64,000 nt of DNA from Macrostomum lignano (lineage: Eukaryota). The DNA lies in NCBI GenBank assembly GCA_002269645.1, contig NIVC01000535.1, positions 63,757-127,756 on the forward strand, in the 5' to 3' direction. The notes under the pieces were generated by a model, which saw only the letters and a list, made by a program, of their open reading frames with translations, ran no database searches and had not been told where the DNA came from. A program made the position numbers and the translations under genes. The stretch's first letter is position 1. Each line of letters begins with the position of its first letter. Of the stretch, positions 35,477-60,054 are shown in pieces.

Positions 35477-35690
35477 TTATTTTTTATTACACCTGACCTA
35501 AGCATGAGCAGATGTGCAACCGACAGCTCAGCCGCAGCTATTGAGCGGCGCATCTGAAGGCTGCGTACGGCTGTTCAGTCCAAGGACTGGGGGGGGGGGG
35601 GGGGTCGCCACACACAGACACAAATTGCTCAGAGTGGGATCGAAAATCGAACCCCTGATCCTCAAGTCGTTAATCCGACGCTCTAAGCCC
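35477..35690 (-). mobile_element. SINE family A copy: tRNA-derived head joined directly to the 3' body (central CORE-like segment deleted)
   Basis: Reverse complement gggcttagagcgtcggattaacgac...ggggttcgattttcgatcccac...caatttgtgtc|tgtgtgtggcgacccc matches the head at 48050-48130 and the tail at 29763-29880. Confidence 0.75.
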
Positions 35691-35722
35691 TTTCACTTTT
35701 TCCTTTTGCTACTGAAAAATCT

Positions 35723-36376
35723 TCACATTCGTGAACAAAAGAATTCAAGCAATAAAGCAAAACAGAACCTCATTGACAAGCGGACAACAACTCGCTGCTT
35801 TGCAGACCCAGTCGACGCGCGTCGTCTGGCTAGCCGCGAATTTCTGTCCGGCGGCAGCGCCAGCAGGTCGCTGGCCAAGCGGTCCAAAATGCGGCGCGAT
35901 TCTGCCAGACTCTTCACGATCGCGAATCCAATTTTGCCAGGAGACGCGGGGTCTGCAGCGGTGGGATCAGTTGAGCCCGCTGAACAAGCTGTTTGCTTTT
36001 CGAGCTCGTCGGAGGAAGCCTCGTCCAGTGTAGAAATTACGTCGTTGTTATTTGCCGAGCAGACTTCGGTGCCACGGTTGAACAATGGCTTAGCGATTCG
36101 GCCGAGAATGCCAGAAAACTGTTCGGCAATCGAGTGAAATTCAGCTCGCAGGCGGGCGACCTGCTGTTGCAACGATCTGCGCTGTCGATTGAGACGGCAA
36201 CGACTTTGCGGCCCGCAGGACGTCGTTGATGCCGCCGCAGCCGCAGTGACTGACACAGATTCTAATCGGCGACGGCATGCGTCGGTGGCGGTCAGCATGG
36301 CTGCTAAGCATTCGGCCATCGGCTCATTTTTATTTGGCTCTGCAGTGTCGGATGATATGATGGCGAACTGCATCAT
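35723..36376 (-). CDS. Orphan 217-aa ORF with coiled-coil segment and hydrophobic C-terminus
   Basis: GC-rich, non-repetitive ORF; heptad-like RLNRQRRSLQQQVARLRAEFHSIAEQFSGIL; C-terminus RFCFALLLEFFCSRM. No family recognised. Confidence 0.45.
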   Translation of the reverse strand: MMQFAIISSDTAEPNKNEPMAECLAAMLTATDACRRRLESVSVTAAAAASTTSCGPQSRCRLNRQRRSLQQQVARLRAEFHSIAEQFSGILGRIAKPLFNRGTEVCSANNNDVISTLDEASSDELEKQTACSAGSTDPTAADPASPGKIGFAIVKSLAESRRILDRLASDLLALPPDRNSRLARRRASTGSAKQRVVVRLSMRFCFALLLEFFCSRM

Positions 36377-37177
36377 GGCGGTTTAACATAAACCGGTGTC
36401 AGATTTGCCTCGATATTTATGGTCTGAGCCTGATGCGCAACTTTTTATAGTTGCCGTTTTCAGCCCGCTGACTCAACCAGAGACAGTGGAAAATTAGGCG
36501 GAATCTATTTTTAGTGCTAAAGGTTTTCTGTTCGCTTTCGACTTTTTTTACATCCTTTTTCCCCCGTTGCATTCGATTGGTCAGCAAGGACCATAGACAG
36601 CATGATTGCTTGCCCGTGTTCCTCTTTGTCAGATTTATGCACCTAAACTGACAATAGTCGTATTAATTCCTATTTTCTATGCAGTCTTGCGTCTGTTGGC
36701 CCCAATCAGGCCGTTCTAATTTGTGCCTGTTGTGTGTATTTATAAATGTTTGTAATACTTTCACGATCGATAATTTAGGCCTCTCTGTGCACGTGGCGCA
36801 CGAAGAGGTTCAGTTTTATTACTTTTTAAATATAACCTGCCTTGCCTCTCTTATCTCTTACGAGCGTACCTTCTCTTATCTTATCTTCTCTTATCTCTTA
36901 TCTTCTCTTATCTCTCTCTCCTCTCGTTCTTCCCATTTTACAACCGATAATAAATTTCATTGTCCGCGTGTTGCTAAATAATAGGCTCTTCAAGTGTAGT
37001 TTATTCTTGGTTAATTTTTCCCACTAGCACTTGGACACTCGGAATGAAAGCACAGCTGAGCACGAAAGCAACTGCGCAGAAATACGATAACTACGCTTTG
37101 CCGTTTAACCACAACCATATCGTGTAGCACACATTGCCGCTACATCCAAAACGGCGACAGTGGTTTTTAGCACATCT

Positions 37178-37452
37178 TGTAATCTCGGCTTGGCTCTGCT
37201 CGTGCAATTAACGGCTTGAGGGCCTACCCCCAAGGCGCAGTGAAGTGTACATGCCTAACGATAAATAAAGTTAGGGCCGCTGTACACTCCTGTGGAGTGT
37301 GTGACTGTGCGTATGACTGCGTACGTATCCGCGCGCTTGTGTGCCTGCTCAGGGGAGTCGGTATAGAATGGGGGCAGTAGTGCCTCTCGCCGGTTGTGTG
37401 CAAATGTCGTTAAAAGTGCGCCAGGGTGCATACAGCCCACTAGCTCTAATAA
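37178..37452 (+). mobile_element. SINE family B copy, 5'-truncated
   Basis: Reverse complement of the 41160-41492, 46634-46944 and 48781-49146 elements. Confidence 0.85.
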
Positions 37453-38632
37453 AATTTCATTAATTCTGAGCTTAATAGCAGCTTGCTCTTTATCTACATT
37501 TGTTTTTGGTAACATGTACCTGTTCATGAGAAGACAATTCGTGAAAAACTTCCTCAATGTAATTAATCCCGAAACCACAGCTAACCATTGTGGCGCTGGC
37601 TTAACAATATCAGCTACTGTTTATTTAAAGTGAAACAATAATCGAGCATCTGAAGCTGATCCCAATCGATAAAAATTGCAGAGCTATATAATAGTGGAGT
37701 GGATAAAGCAAGCAATCACAGGCTATGCTGGAATGGGGTCGGAGATTCTTCAAATTGGCTAATACAACAAAATGAACGCGTATTGTGGCTTCCGGTATGC
37801 ACTTACCATATATAGACAGTGAAAACAGATTAGGACAAATGTACTTTTAGTTACAAACCAAAGCATAAATTGAAACTTGAATAAACAAAACAACGGTACA
37901 AACATCGAAAAACAAACAGCCATTTTTCAAAATAAAAAAAATTGCTTTTGTGCATAAACTAAAAATCCTTCAAATTAGAAACAATTGATTTCTGGATGAC
38001 GCAGATGACTTTTAAACAGCGGTTCCTTTAAAAATTTGTTTGAATGTTTGCTTGCTTGCAATGTTCCACAGTACAGAAGTACATTGTGAGCTGTCACATT
38101 CGGAGGCTCAGATGCACAAAAGAATCGCAAATACTTGTAAAATACATGTTTGACTGCCCTACTTTGAAGCATTCCGGGAGATAGAAGTATTTAAACAAAT
38201 TTCGGTCAAAAAAGGAGATACAGCAAATGAAAATTACGCTGGGAATCAAATTTTGTAAATAGACTGATAGCAGAGAAGCGGTTATTGCTCATAAGTTTGG
38301 ATAAAAATAATTCCAGGGGTGGCACGCGCTTTTACTGGCTGAATGAATTTGCTTCCATAAAATGTCAACCCAATTTCTAAATAAACCCATTGCATACACG
38401 TGAATAGTTCACAGGTGTTGCAGTTGTCAGATGCTAACCTTCATACTTATTCAGAAGTAGTCTGTCCTGGTCTTGTGGGTCTCCCTTTCGTAGGCCTGGT
38501 TTTCGTAGGTGCTCTGAAAAGGTGAGCAAAGTGCATAAAAAATAGATGCGCCTAAAGCTGTGAAATGCCGGAGCAACCCCCTATCACCCCTATCACGGCA
38601 GGGTGAACTGAAGTCCAGCAAAATCAGCTCAC

Positions 38633-40095
38633 CGGGTGATGCGCGGAGTGCTGGGCCCTGGGTATCGATGCATCGCTCATTGCCATAGACTGGGTGCCCT
38701 TGTACCTGCCACCGCTTTGACTTCTGCAAGCGCACGAGACGGGTAAAGTACGTAATTAGGGATAAAAATTGAAAATAAGAGTAATTAGAATGCTTCTTCG
38801 TCTGGATAATTATGTGGAATAGTGGCACTAATGTATACACAGAGATAATGAAATGAAAAGTCAAGGAAGGACCATTTATTCACTAGGAAATATATGCATT
38901 CTGGAGACGATATGCTAAGGATTAGAGCGGAGTATGTGTTAGAGCACTTGACCGGATGTCAATTTGAGTACACCCAGGCGTGCTCAAGGATGGTGGAGGT
39001 CTTATTGAAAGTCCTCTGTTGTACTCAATCGCTCTAAGTACGCTTCATCCACATGCAGGAGGGGGCCTCTGTAAGCATACTGAGTTGACTCTGTCCACTG
39101 CTCACTTTTGCTCAGAAATTTCCTACATACTTTGCAATATTGCATTGACAGCAGAGCACTCACAACGGAAAAATATAAAGACAAACAATAACTATAAAGT
39201 AATTATTGTGTACAGAATAATATATTCTAATACAAATGCACAAGATATCAAAGCCAGAGTACCGCTGTAATAAAATCCAGTTCACCTTGAATTAAACTAA
39301 TGCTAGGCAACACAATAGTTTTAAGAATTTTAACAGAAGGCTCGGTTGTGGTCAAGTTTGTTCAATAGCTTGGGTAACGAATACAGAGTACGATACACCG
39401 TAACCACAGTCTAATTAAACAAAATCGGTGCAAACAGACGGAGGCGAGCCCGCAGCAGTGCCAAATCGAGGACTTACACAGGATTATCAGAGAAGTTGCT
39501 CTGATAGAAATCCGCTCTGTTCTTATCACTTCGATACCTTCAAAATTGCAATGATTGGTCTCGTTTTGGGAAGGATTTCGGCAAACGGAAATCATCTATT
39601 TTTCTATTCTTAATTGCCTTTGCTATTCGACAGAATGCTTAGACTCGCTTCCAGGTGAAGTTAATCAGATTCGAATCCGTCATGCAAATAATTTCCGCAA
39701 TTTCCAGGCAATAATTAGAGGAATGGATCACTGGCTCATTGATCGGAATGGGGCACACGAACAGGTGTAAAATTTTACTTGCTTTCAGTCTTACTGGGAC
39801 TGGCCCACCTTCTAAAGCAGATCGTCGGAGCTACATTGTTGTAAAAAGAGAAGAAGCGCAGAAGCAAGCCTTTTGCAATCCAGTGAGTTCTTGTAATTAT
39901 GGTTGAAGCAATCGGCAGGACTCATTTCTATTCTACTATAGCAGGTTTGCACTATAGCAGGTTTGTAATTTCAGTTGTCTTAAACTCTTACATAAAATGT
40001 TAAAACAAAGAATATTGAGCTAGTTTTATGAGGCAAATTGCTTACCTGTACGCTCAGCAGCCAACGTGGTGGTTCGCATCATTGTTACTTCTAGG
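38633..40095 (-). CDS. Probable cytoplasmic-tail exons of the mucin-like gene (candidates 40046-40095 and 38633-38723; others unresolved)
   Basis: Short AG...GTAAGC/GTGAGC-bounded segments downstream of the TM exon; one frame reads SQSGGRYKGTQSMAMSDASIPRAQHSAHHP. Phases were not fully resolved. Confidence 0.3.
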
Positions 40096-40147
40096 CTATA
40101 CTAATGACCACCCAGTGAGGTAAAGTGGACTAAAAGCAGATACTCAC

Positions 40148-50924
<10,777 letters not shown>

Positions 50925-51531
50925 CGCATCGAAGCGGACTGTGCGTTGCATGACGGTCTTGTTGGCGTCCTGCCTTTGTTCCGCTCGGAGGGAAGGCAGC
51001 ACAGGCGGGTCTCGGTGCGGATACTTGAGGTGGCGATCGCAGGGGCGGTGCCGGGGCGGTGGCGCGAGCGCTTGTTCGATCCCAGAGGGGGTGGCGGTGT
51101 TTGCCGAATCGATTTCTGCAAGGTCCGATCGGGTTTCGATTCTGGCCAGTGCTAGCAGAGCCTAGGAGGGCAGCGGCTGCTTGTCTGGGAGGGCTTAAAA
51201 ACTGATCGCTGGGGGGGGGACGGCGAGAGCAGCAGCTGCGGTCCGGCTCTGCCTTACCTTTGAGCAAATTCTCCCTGCTTTAATCTCTTTCTCTCTCACC
51301 GGTCTATTTCTAGCCTATACTCAAAAGCTCGTATTTTTCTCGCCAAAGTCGCCGCTTGCGTCTTCAATCGGAGATTTGGGATCTCGGAATGAAAGCGGGA
51401 GAGCAAAGGACAAAGAGAGAAAGAGCGAGAAACGGTGCGGCCTGCCTTTTCTAGCCCCGGCCACGACCCTCCTCAGTCAACAATCTCTCTCCAACCTCTC
51501 CGCCCTACCCCCCAGGTGAGGAGATCCGCCA

Positions 51532-51534
<3 letters not shown>

Positions 51535-51566
<32 letters not shown>
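51535..51566. repeat. (GA)n microsatellite in the upstream region of the mucin-like gene
   Basis: Direct reading. Confidence 0.9.
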
Positions 51567-51567
<1 letters not shown>

Positions 51568-52269
51568 AAACAGCCGCCCCAAAGTGCTCGGCTGCCCTCC
51601 CAGAGCAGCCTGAGTCAGCGCTGATGCTAAATTTAGCAGCAGTTCCGCTCCCCTCAATGCCCAATGGGAGAGAGCGCGTCGGCAGGCTGTACTAAACGAC
51701 GGACAAGCTTGTCGACTGCGCGTCGGCAGGCTGCACTAAACGACGGACAAGCTTCTCGACTGCAGTTTTGGGATTTGCCAATTGAGAACCCCGCCCAGAG
51801 TGAGCAGTGGGAGAGAATTTAGTATTACTAGTCGTCTTTCACTGCTTTTCATATTTTATTTCATTTCGCATAACTTCGAGCAAAAAATAGCAAAAATGTG
51901 CTCCGTTGGCGCCTCAGATTAAGTTGTTACCTTCGTTGCAAAACTCCACACTTTCCGACCCACCTATTTTTCATTAACAATAATTTACGGTTGATTACAA
52001 TATGCTAATGGCCTCCTTCCAGGTCCTGTGCAACCGATTCAGGCGAAGTATTAGCCAGGAGGAATGGCTAGGAGGTCTCAGCCCGGCTTCATACTGATTT
52101 CTGGCCCACTAAAAGCCACCAGCTGCGAGAATGCGTGAATTTAAAAAAGCTTTTGTTAGTGCCGCCGCACAACTGCTCCAATTAAGTTGGGAACTCAAAT
52201 TGGCCGCCTAGAAAAAATTGCATTATGCAAATCTTAAACTCGCCACCCACTAAACAACATAGTTAGCAA

Positions 52270-53756
52270 CCCATTATATTCATTGATGTGTTGGCTAGAT
52301 TAGCAATCCATTCTATTCCTTCATTGATGTAGGCTAGATTAGCAATCCATTCTATTCATTCATTGATGTAGGCTAGATTAGCAATCCATTCTATTCTTTC
52401 ATTGATGTAGGCTAGATTAGCAATCCATTCTGTTCCTTCATTGATGTAGGCTAGATTAGCAATCCATTCTGTTCCTTCATTGATGTAGGCTAGATTAGCA
52501 ATCCATTCTATTCCTTCATTGATGTAGGCTAGATTAGCAATCCATTCTATTCCTTCATTGATGTAGGCTAGATTAGCAATCCATTCTATTCCTTCATTGA
52601 TGTAGGCTAGATTAGCAATCCATTCTATTCCTTCATTGATGCAGGCTAGATTAACAATCCATTCTATTCCTTCATTGATGTAGGCTAGATTAGCAATCCA
52701 TTCTATTCCTTCATTGATGTAGGCTAGATTAGCAATCCATTCTATTCCTTCATTGATGTAGGCTAGATTAGCAATCCATTCTATTCCTTCATTGATGTAG
52801 GCTAGATTAGCAATCCATTCTATTCCTTCATTGATGTAGGCTAGATTAGCAATCCATTCTATTCCTTCATTGATGTAGGCTAGATTAGCAATCCATTCTA
52901 TTCCTTCACTGATGTAGGCTAGATTAGCAATCCATTCTACTCCTTCATTGATGTAGGCTAGATTAGCAATCCATTCTATTCCTTCATTGGTGTAGGCTAG
53001 ATTAGCAATCCATTCTACTCCTTCATTGATGTAGGCTAGATTAGCAATCCATTCTATTCCTTCATTGATGTAGGCTAGATTAGCAATCCATTCTATTCCT
53101 TCATTGGTGTAGGCTAGATTAGCAATCCATTCTATTCCTTCATTGATGTAGGCTAGATTAGCAATCCATTCTATTCCTTCACTGATGTAGGCTAGATTAG
53201 CAATCCATTCTACTCCTTCATTGATGTAGGCTAGATTAGCAATCCATTCTATTCCTTCATTGATGTAGGCTAGATTAGCAATCCATTCTATTCCTTCATT
53301 GATGTAGGCTAGATTAGCAATCCATTCTATTCCTTCATTGATGTAGGCTAGATTAGCAATCCATTCTATTCCTTCATTGATGTAGGCTAGATTAGCAATC
53401 CATTCTATTCCTTCATTGATGTAGGCTAGATTAGCAATCCATTCTATTCCTTCATTGGTGTAGGCTAGATTAGCAATCCATTCTATTCCTTCATTGATGT
53501 AGGCTAGATTAGCAATCCATTCTATTCCTTCATTGGTGTAGGCTAGATTAGCAATCCATTCTATTCCTTCATTGATGTAGGCTAGATTAGCAATCCATTC
53601 TATTCCTTCACTGATGTAGGCTAGATTAGCAATCCATTCTACTCCTTCATTGATGTAGGCTACATTAGCAATCCATTCTATTCCTTCATTGATGTAGGCT
53701 AGATTAGCAATCCATTCTATTCCTTCATTGGTGTAGGCTAGATTAGCAATCCAATA
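52270..53756. repeat. 39-bp minisatellite (~38 highly homogeneous copies)
   Basis: Unit ttcattgatgtaggctagattagcaatccattctattcc; the minus strand is stop-free (EWIANLAYINEGI)n. Confidence 0.97.
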
Positions 53757-54163
53757 TACTAAAAATTCCAATCTATTTTCTGATTAATATTGGCTGGACA
53801 ATATAAAATAACTCATTCAACCCCATATCCCGTCAATCCACTTCCGTGAACACTGTCCCAGCAGCAATTTCATTAGCATTGAGCAGTCATTCTGTTTGTA
53901 CACCCTGGGCTGTGTGTTGGCCATCCAAACATCCCTGTTTGTCCCCACGGCCTTGCAAATCCCATCCCAGCTACCTTCCTGGGAACGGAAGCGAAAGTGT
54001 GGGCTCGTATTTCCAAATCGAAAGCAGAATTTCTCTCACAGAGCAGACTATGCGCGCACATGGGCACATGCTTTCTTAAGCCTTGTGCAGACAGTTCCGT
54101 CGGATGATGAGGACAAACTTTATACCAGGATATTCAGCTCGTACCTGGCTGTTTCTTTACCTA

Positions 54164-54755
<592 letters not shown>

Positions 54756-55599
54756 AATATACAAAACAGTTTTTATCTAGCAATGTAACGGTAGTTACTG
54801 CCAATAGTTTGTTTTTGATTTTCGCTACTTCTTCTTCCCAAACGTGTTTCGTGTTTCCGAATTCTTTCTTGTGTTTTTTTCAGAGCTTTATTGCACAGAT
54901 TTTCCTACTAAATGTTGTCCCCGTGAGCAGCTGTTGCTCAGCTATATTTTGCTGCGACGGGAAAACAGTTCTGAATTGGGAAATACGATATAACTCTGAC
55001 TGGGGCGAACTTATGAAAAATAAGGAAGCAGAAAGAGTGCAAAGGCTGAGAGCTCAGTGGGTGGTTCCACGCTGCACTGATTGCTATTTTTAGTGCCAGT
55101 TCCCCACCCCGGGCATCTACTCAAGCCCCCTTGATCGATATCAAATGCAACAGTTGGCAAAATTTGATCGATTTTGGCAACCCCCCACCCTAACCTCCCC
55201 TGCTGACCACAGCGGGAGAGTCCAGCTAATGGCATGACAGGGCAAGCGCGCAAACGTCGACGACACGCTTAAACTTAAACTTAACACAGTATAAAAAAGT
55301 AGAGAGAGAGGAAGAAGTTCTGCTGTAGCTCAACACCCCGCTATCTGAATTGAATTACAGAGTGCATGACCAGACATGAATGAAAGAAGTATTAATATTG
55401 TTGTGAAATAATAAGATAGCTGCTCAGGGACGCTAGACACTATTACTGGGTTGGATTAGTCAGAATTAAGCTGCATAATTTATTCTGTCATTATTTCTGC
55501 CCCGCTAGATAGTTTCCCACACGATATGCTATTTGAAGTAAGAAATCTGCGAAATAGATGGAGCAGTCTGACTCATTCTTGAGCCACCTTTCTTCTTAC

Positions 55600-56000
55600 T
55601 GACGCCACCTGCGTCTATCCGACTTCTTCCTGACCTCACCTGTCTATCTGACTCCTTCCTGACCCCACCTGTCTATCTGACTCCTTCCTGACCCCACCTG
55701 TCTATTTGACACCTTCTAAACCCCACCTGTGTCTATCTGACTTCTTCCTGACCCCACCTGTCTATCTGACTCCTTCCTGACCCCACCTGTCTATTTGACA
55801 CCTTCTAAACCCCACCTGTGTCTATCTGACTTCTTCCTGACCCCACATATGTATTTCTGACTCCTTCCTGACCCCACCTGTGTCTATCTGACTCCTTCCT
55901 GACCCCACCTGAGTCTATCTGATTCCTTCCTGACCCCATCTGTCTATCTGACCTCTTTCCTAACCCCACCTGCGTCTATCTGACTCCTTCCTGACCCCAC
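55600..56000. repeat. 29-31 bp pyrimidine-rich minisatellite, left arm
   Basis: Unit ctatctgactccttcctgaccccacctgt(gt). Confidence 0.9.
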
Positions 56001-57734
56001 CGGCCAAGCCCCGGGAACCAAACCTGCCAGCCGGAGAAGGAGTTGAGGACGAGGCCGGGTCTTCGGAATCCGAGCTCTCCTCGGCCACCCTGGTGGGGTC
56101 TGAAGGCAAAGATGCAGATGAGGAAGCTTCCTCCATCCTGTCATCGCAGCCCGAGGACTCTGCTTGGGGGCTGGTGGGGGTGAGGAGGCCATGGACGTCG
56201 ACCAACTCCCATCTCCCAGTAAAGCCCCAACGGCCTGGGACGAGGACGATTTGCTGTCCAAGTCTCCTTGATGGCCCGGGCTCTAGCCAGCTATTGCATT
56301 TAATACAGTTTGAATAAGCTCCACGCTGCCAAAGGAGCGACATTCTTTATGCAAATAAATTTACAGCATTGCGTATCTGCTTCAGTAAATAGGATGAAGA
56401 TTGCTGAGCTGTACAGGCCAGACCTCATCCTGATCCAGGAACCCTGGATGCGCAACGGTAAGTTGCCCAACATTCCTTCTGGCTACTCTGATTTTTATGT
56501 GTGTGGCCCGGGGAACAGCCGCTGCTGCTTCGCTGCTTCGATTTATGTTCCAGGCGACAGAGACCTGCACATGAGAGTCTACTGCGAGTCCCAGAACGCT
56601 GAGCTGTGCTTAGGGGGCGACCTCAACGCACACCATAAGCACTGGGGCAGCAAAGACACCAATACTAGAGGGGAGGAGCTTCTGGCCCTTATGTCTAATA
56701 CGCTCGTACAAACCTCATGCTCTGCAACCGCGGTAGCACTCCTACCTTTAACAATGGCAGATGGACTGAGGTCCTCGATGCCACACTCGTTACCCCAAGA
56801 CTCTTTGACAGAGTTGAGGAGTGGAGAGTCTGGTCTGAGGAGCCCTCCCTGTCTGACCACTGCTTTATCGCCTTTAATATCGCGGACACTAAACCCCAGT
56901 CCTCGATCACTTGGAGGCGTAACATCCGCTACACTGATTGGGCAGCCTATAAGGCTACCCTTGATCTGCACCTGCAGGAACTCACGGACTTACGTCCGAT
57001 TGAGACCTGCGAGGATGTAGACCATACGCTGAGACGCTGACAGGTTGCATTATTGAAGCCTACGAAGCGGCTTGTCCTGCTCGCGCCTACAAAGGCAAGA
57101 CCTCGGCGCCGTGGTGGAACCCGGAGCTGGGGAAACTCAGGCGGAAGGCCAAAAGCCTTCATCGCCGTGCCATGAAGACCGGAAACCCGGAGGACATGGA
57201 GCTTTTCCGGCAAGCCTCCCGCAACTTCAAATCTGAAGTGCGCAAGGCCAAGGAATGTAAATGGCGCCAATTCTGCAATGAGTTGGATCAAGACAGACCT
57301 ACTTCTAGGCTTGTCAAGGCCCTTGCAATGGAAATGGACAAATTAGACATGATCAGAAAAGATGATGGCTCTCTTACTAAAGACCCTGAAGAAGTGCTTC
57401 AACATATGCTCAGCACATTCTTCCCGAGGGTACCCACCGCTAGATCGGAACCCAACCATTCGATGGATGGAGCCACCCTAGCGTCACTGAAGACTTAATC
57501 GCTCGTGCGGTCAGAACTTTCAAGCCCTTCAAATCTCCTGGACCTGATGGTAACTACCCTGTTTTTCTTCGTGAAGCAGCCAAGATATCCTCGTTCTTGA
57601 GACTTACCCGCAATCTCATGCGAGCCTCTATCCAGCTGGGATACGTTCCCAAGTGCTGGACCAAAGCTCGGGTAGTCTTCATTCCCAAACCTGGGAAGGG
57701 TGAATACCAGAGCGTCAAGGCCTTTAAGCCAATT
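56001..57734 (+). mobile_element. Internal fragment of an R1/LOA-like non-LTR retrotransposon (ORF1 end, APE endonuclease, pre-RT region); frameshifted and truncated at both ends
   Basis: QINLQHC, LILIQEPW, GGDLNAHHKHWGSKDTNTRGEEL, LCNRGSTPTF...LDATL...SDH, AYEAACP...PWWNPELGKLRRK, FKPFKSPGPDGNYP, GYVPKCWTKARVVFIPKPGK...KAFKPI, then an abrupt end. Confidence 0.9.
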
Positions 57735-57992
57735 CTAAACCCCACCTGCGTCTATCTGACTCCTTCCTGAGCCTATCTGTCTATCTGACATCTTCTAAAC
57801 CCCACTTGTGTCTATCTGACTCCTTCCTGACCCCACCTGTGTCTATCTGACTCCTTCCTGACCCCATATGTCTATCTGACCTCTTTCCTAACCCCACCTG
57901 CGTCTATCTGACTTGTTTCTGACCCACTTGTGTCTATCTGACTCCTTCCTGACCCCACCAGTCTATCTGACTTCTTCCTGACCCCACCTGTC
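57735..57992. repeat. 29-31 bp pyrimidine-rich minisatellite, right arm (same family as 55600-56000)
   Basis: ctaaaccccacctgcgtctatctgactccttcctga... Confidence 0.9.
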
Positions 57993-60054
57993 TCTTCGGG
58001 AAGAGGCAGTCAAAAACCAATGCAGATTGAGTCCACATTAATATTTGCTCCAAGACACAGCCATGCAAAATAAGTGCGAAAGGCATGGGTGCAAACAGAT
58101 TAAAAATGAACACGGAAAAGAAACTTGAGCCTTAAATATACGATCGTTTCCATGGCAACCAGAGAACTTAAGAGAGAGAGATTGAGAGAGACAGAGACAG
58201 TAACTGCGAGTGCTCATAAAAAAGCTCTTGAAAGCTAAACCTAACAAAAGTGGGCATTGTGTTCTTTTTAGCTTGGAACAGTCCGCGATAGCGTGCTTAA
58301 TCCTTCCTAAAATTTCGGCTTGAGGAGCGCAGCCTGTTGCTAAAAATAGCAACACTTTATTCAATTAAATTCTTTTTTCCTGAAAATAGTTGAAAAATAA
58401 TTCAGAGCTCACGCGCTACATGCTACTCAGTAGATTCAGTCAGTAGGATGTCTAGCATATTGTATTTACAGTTAGATTCCTCTCGATTGATCCTGCCAAA
58501 ACAATCGCTAATGGATTGGAGGTGGCAATTCAATTTCTGTCTGACCGAGTGCGGGGGTCTGTGGGAATCAACTTTGCCCGTAGGTCAGGCATTGACAGAC
58601 CCCCATCTTGTTTCCCAATCGACCTCAATTCCCCATCTGCTCTCCTGGCCAAGAACTCCGGCAAAGATGGAGCGAGCGACTGACATGCAGTTTGGCTCAT
58701 AATTAGATTCTCCCCAACTCATTGCTTGCTGTGTCTCCGAGCTGTGCAAACGCGGCTGGACGTTGACTCAACCAAATTCTGTTGACGGCGAACTGCATGA
58801 TGAACCTTTCTAGGAAACCTTAAGGCAAAGAGAATTTTCAATTCAAAAACTTAATCAATCCGTTATGATGAGCTCTTTCTACGGGAGAACCCTTCTAACT
58901 TTAATTAATTACAAGCTTTTCCTCATTGGGAGCAGGCCATGTGTTTTTAGATGCCCGAGTCACTATAAGGACTGCAGAGGACACCATGGCTCTAATAGGT
59001 TCTGTCGGTGGACCTCTTAGAGACCGGAAACTGGTCTCAGACTGGTTTCAAATTTTAAAAGGTTCGAATGTATTATCTATGAAGGTCTCTTGTGATGGAG
59101 CTGTACTAAAAGACAGGTCAACTTCAACTCCAGGTCTTTAGGCGACCCCCGCTAAATGACTGATGTTGTAAAACCGTTAGGCTTACGATTAAAGAGATCA
59201 CAATTGCAGGTCAGACGCTTCTATTGGATAGAACCTGCTAGAGTGCTTCCACAGTTAAATTCATATCGAACGGAAGTAAGCAGTTTTAAACTCGAGCTTG
59301 CCATCTCACGATCAGTCCATCAAACATTCCCTCATCTTTGCCGCAATTGTGTCCAGACTCAAACAGGAGTGAGTACAGTATTTGCTCACTGAGAAATTCG
59401 AAATGCTGGGGCTGAGCAAACAATTAAAACTAATGAGAGCTTCCGGTGTGTGGCCGCGGAGAGCTTTGGGAAATTGCGGCAGTTATACAGGCACTGGGTG
59501 GGCAGAGTTTAATGGACAATTTGAGTAGAACTAAAGATCCCGAACCCGGGTAAGCCGCTTGTTTCACATAATTGCTGCCCCAATTTTTATCTGTGCTCAG
59601 CATCCCCCGAGCTTTCAAACCCCCTCCATCCCAGCCCATCCTCAGCCCCGCAGCTGCCCCTCCTCCCGGCTTCATGACAAATGGATTTTTGAGGAGCTTT
59701 GAGGAGCGCCCGGTGAGTGAAGAGGGGGGAGGGTGGGTTCGGCAACAGAGCCTTGGAAATGCATTGGGACGGTTGAACTGTTTGGGGAACCATTTTTCCC
59801 CATGATGAAGCTGCTCAATGGCTTCAGTCTCAATGTGCTCCATCGCACTTAATAGTCGTTTGGACTTCTGGTCTAGAAATGGATATGAAATTGAGGGGAT
59901 AAATTTATTGTTGGGAATCGGCTTTAATGCTTCATTTCAGTGCTTTTCTGAAATATTCTGAGAGCAATATGATTGTCCAGAAAAATGACAGACAGACACT
60001 AAAATAGACAGGCATACATTAAATTAGACAGGCAGACGGACACAAGTCACATGG

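Noticed and set aside
51678-51765. 44-bp direct duplication (cgtcggcaggctg.actaaacgacggacaagctt.tcgactgc) as a regulatory array
   Set aside because: Only two copies; consistent with the window-wide tendency to local tandem duplication.
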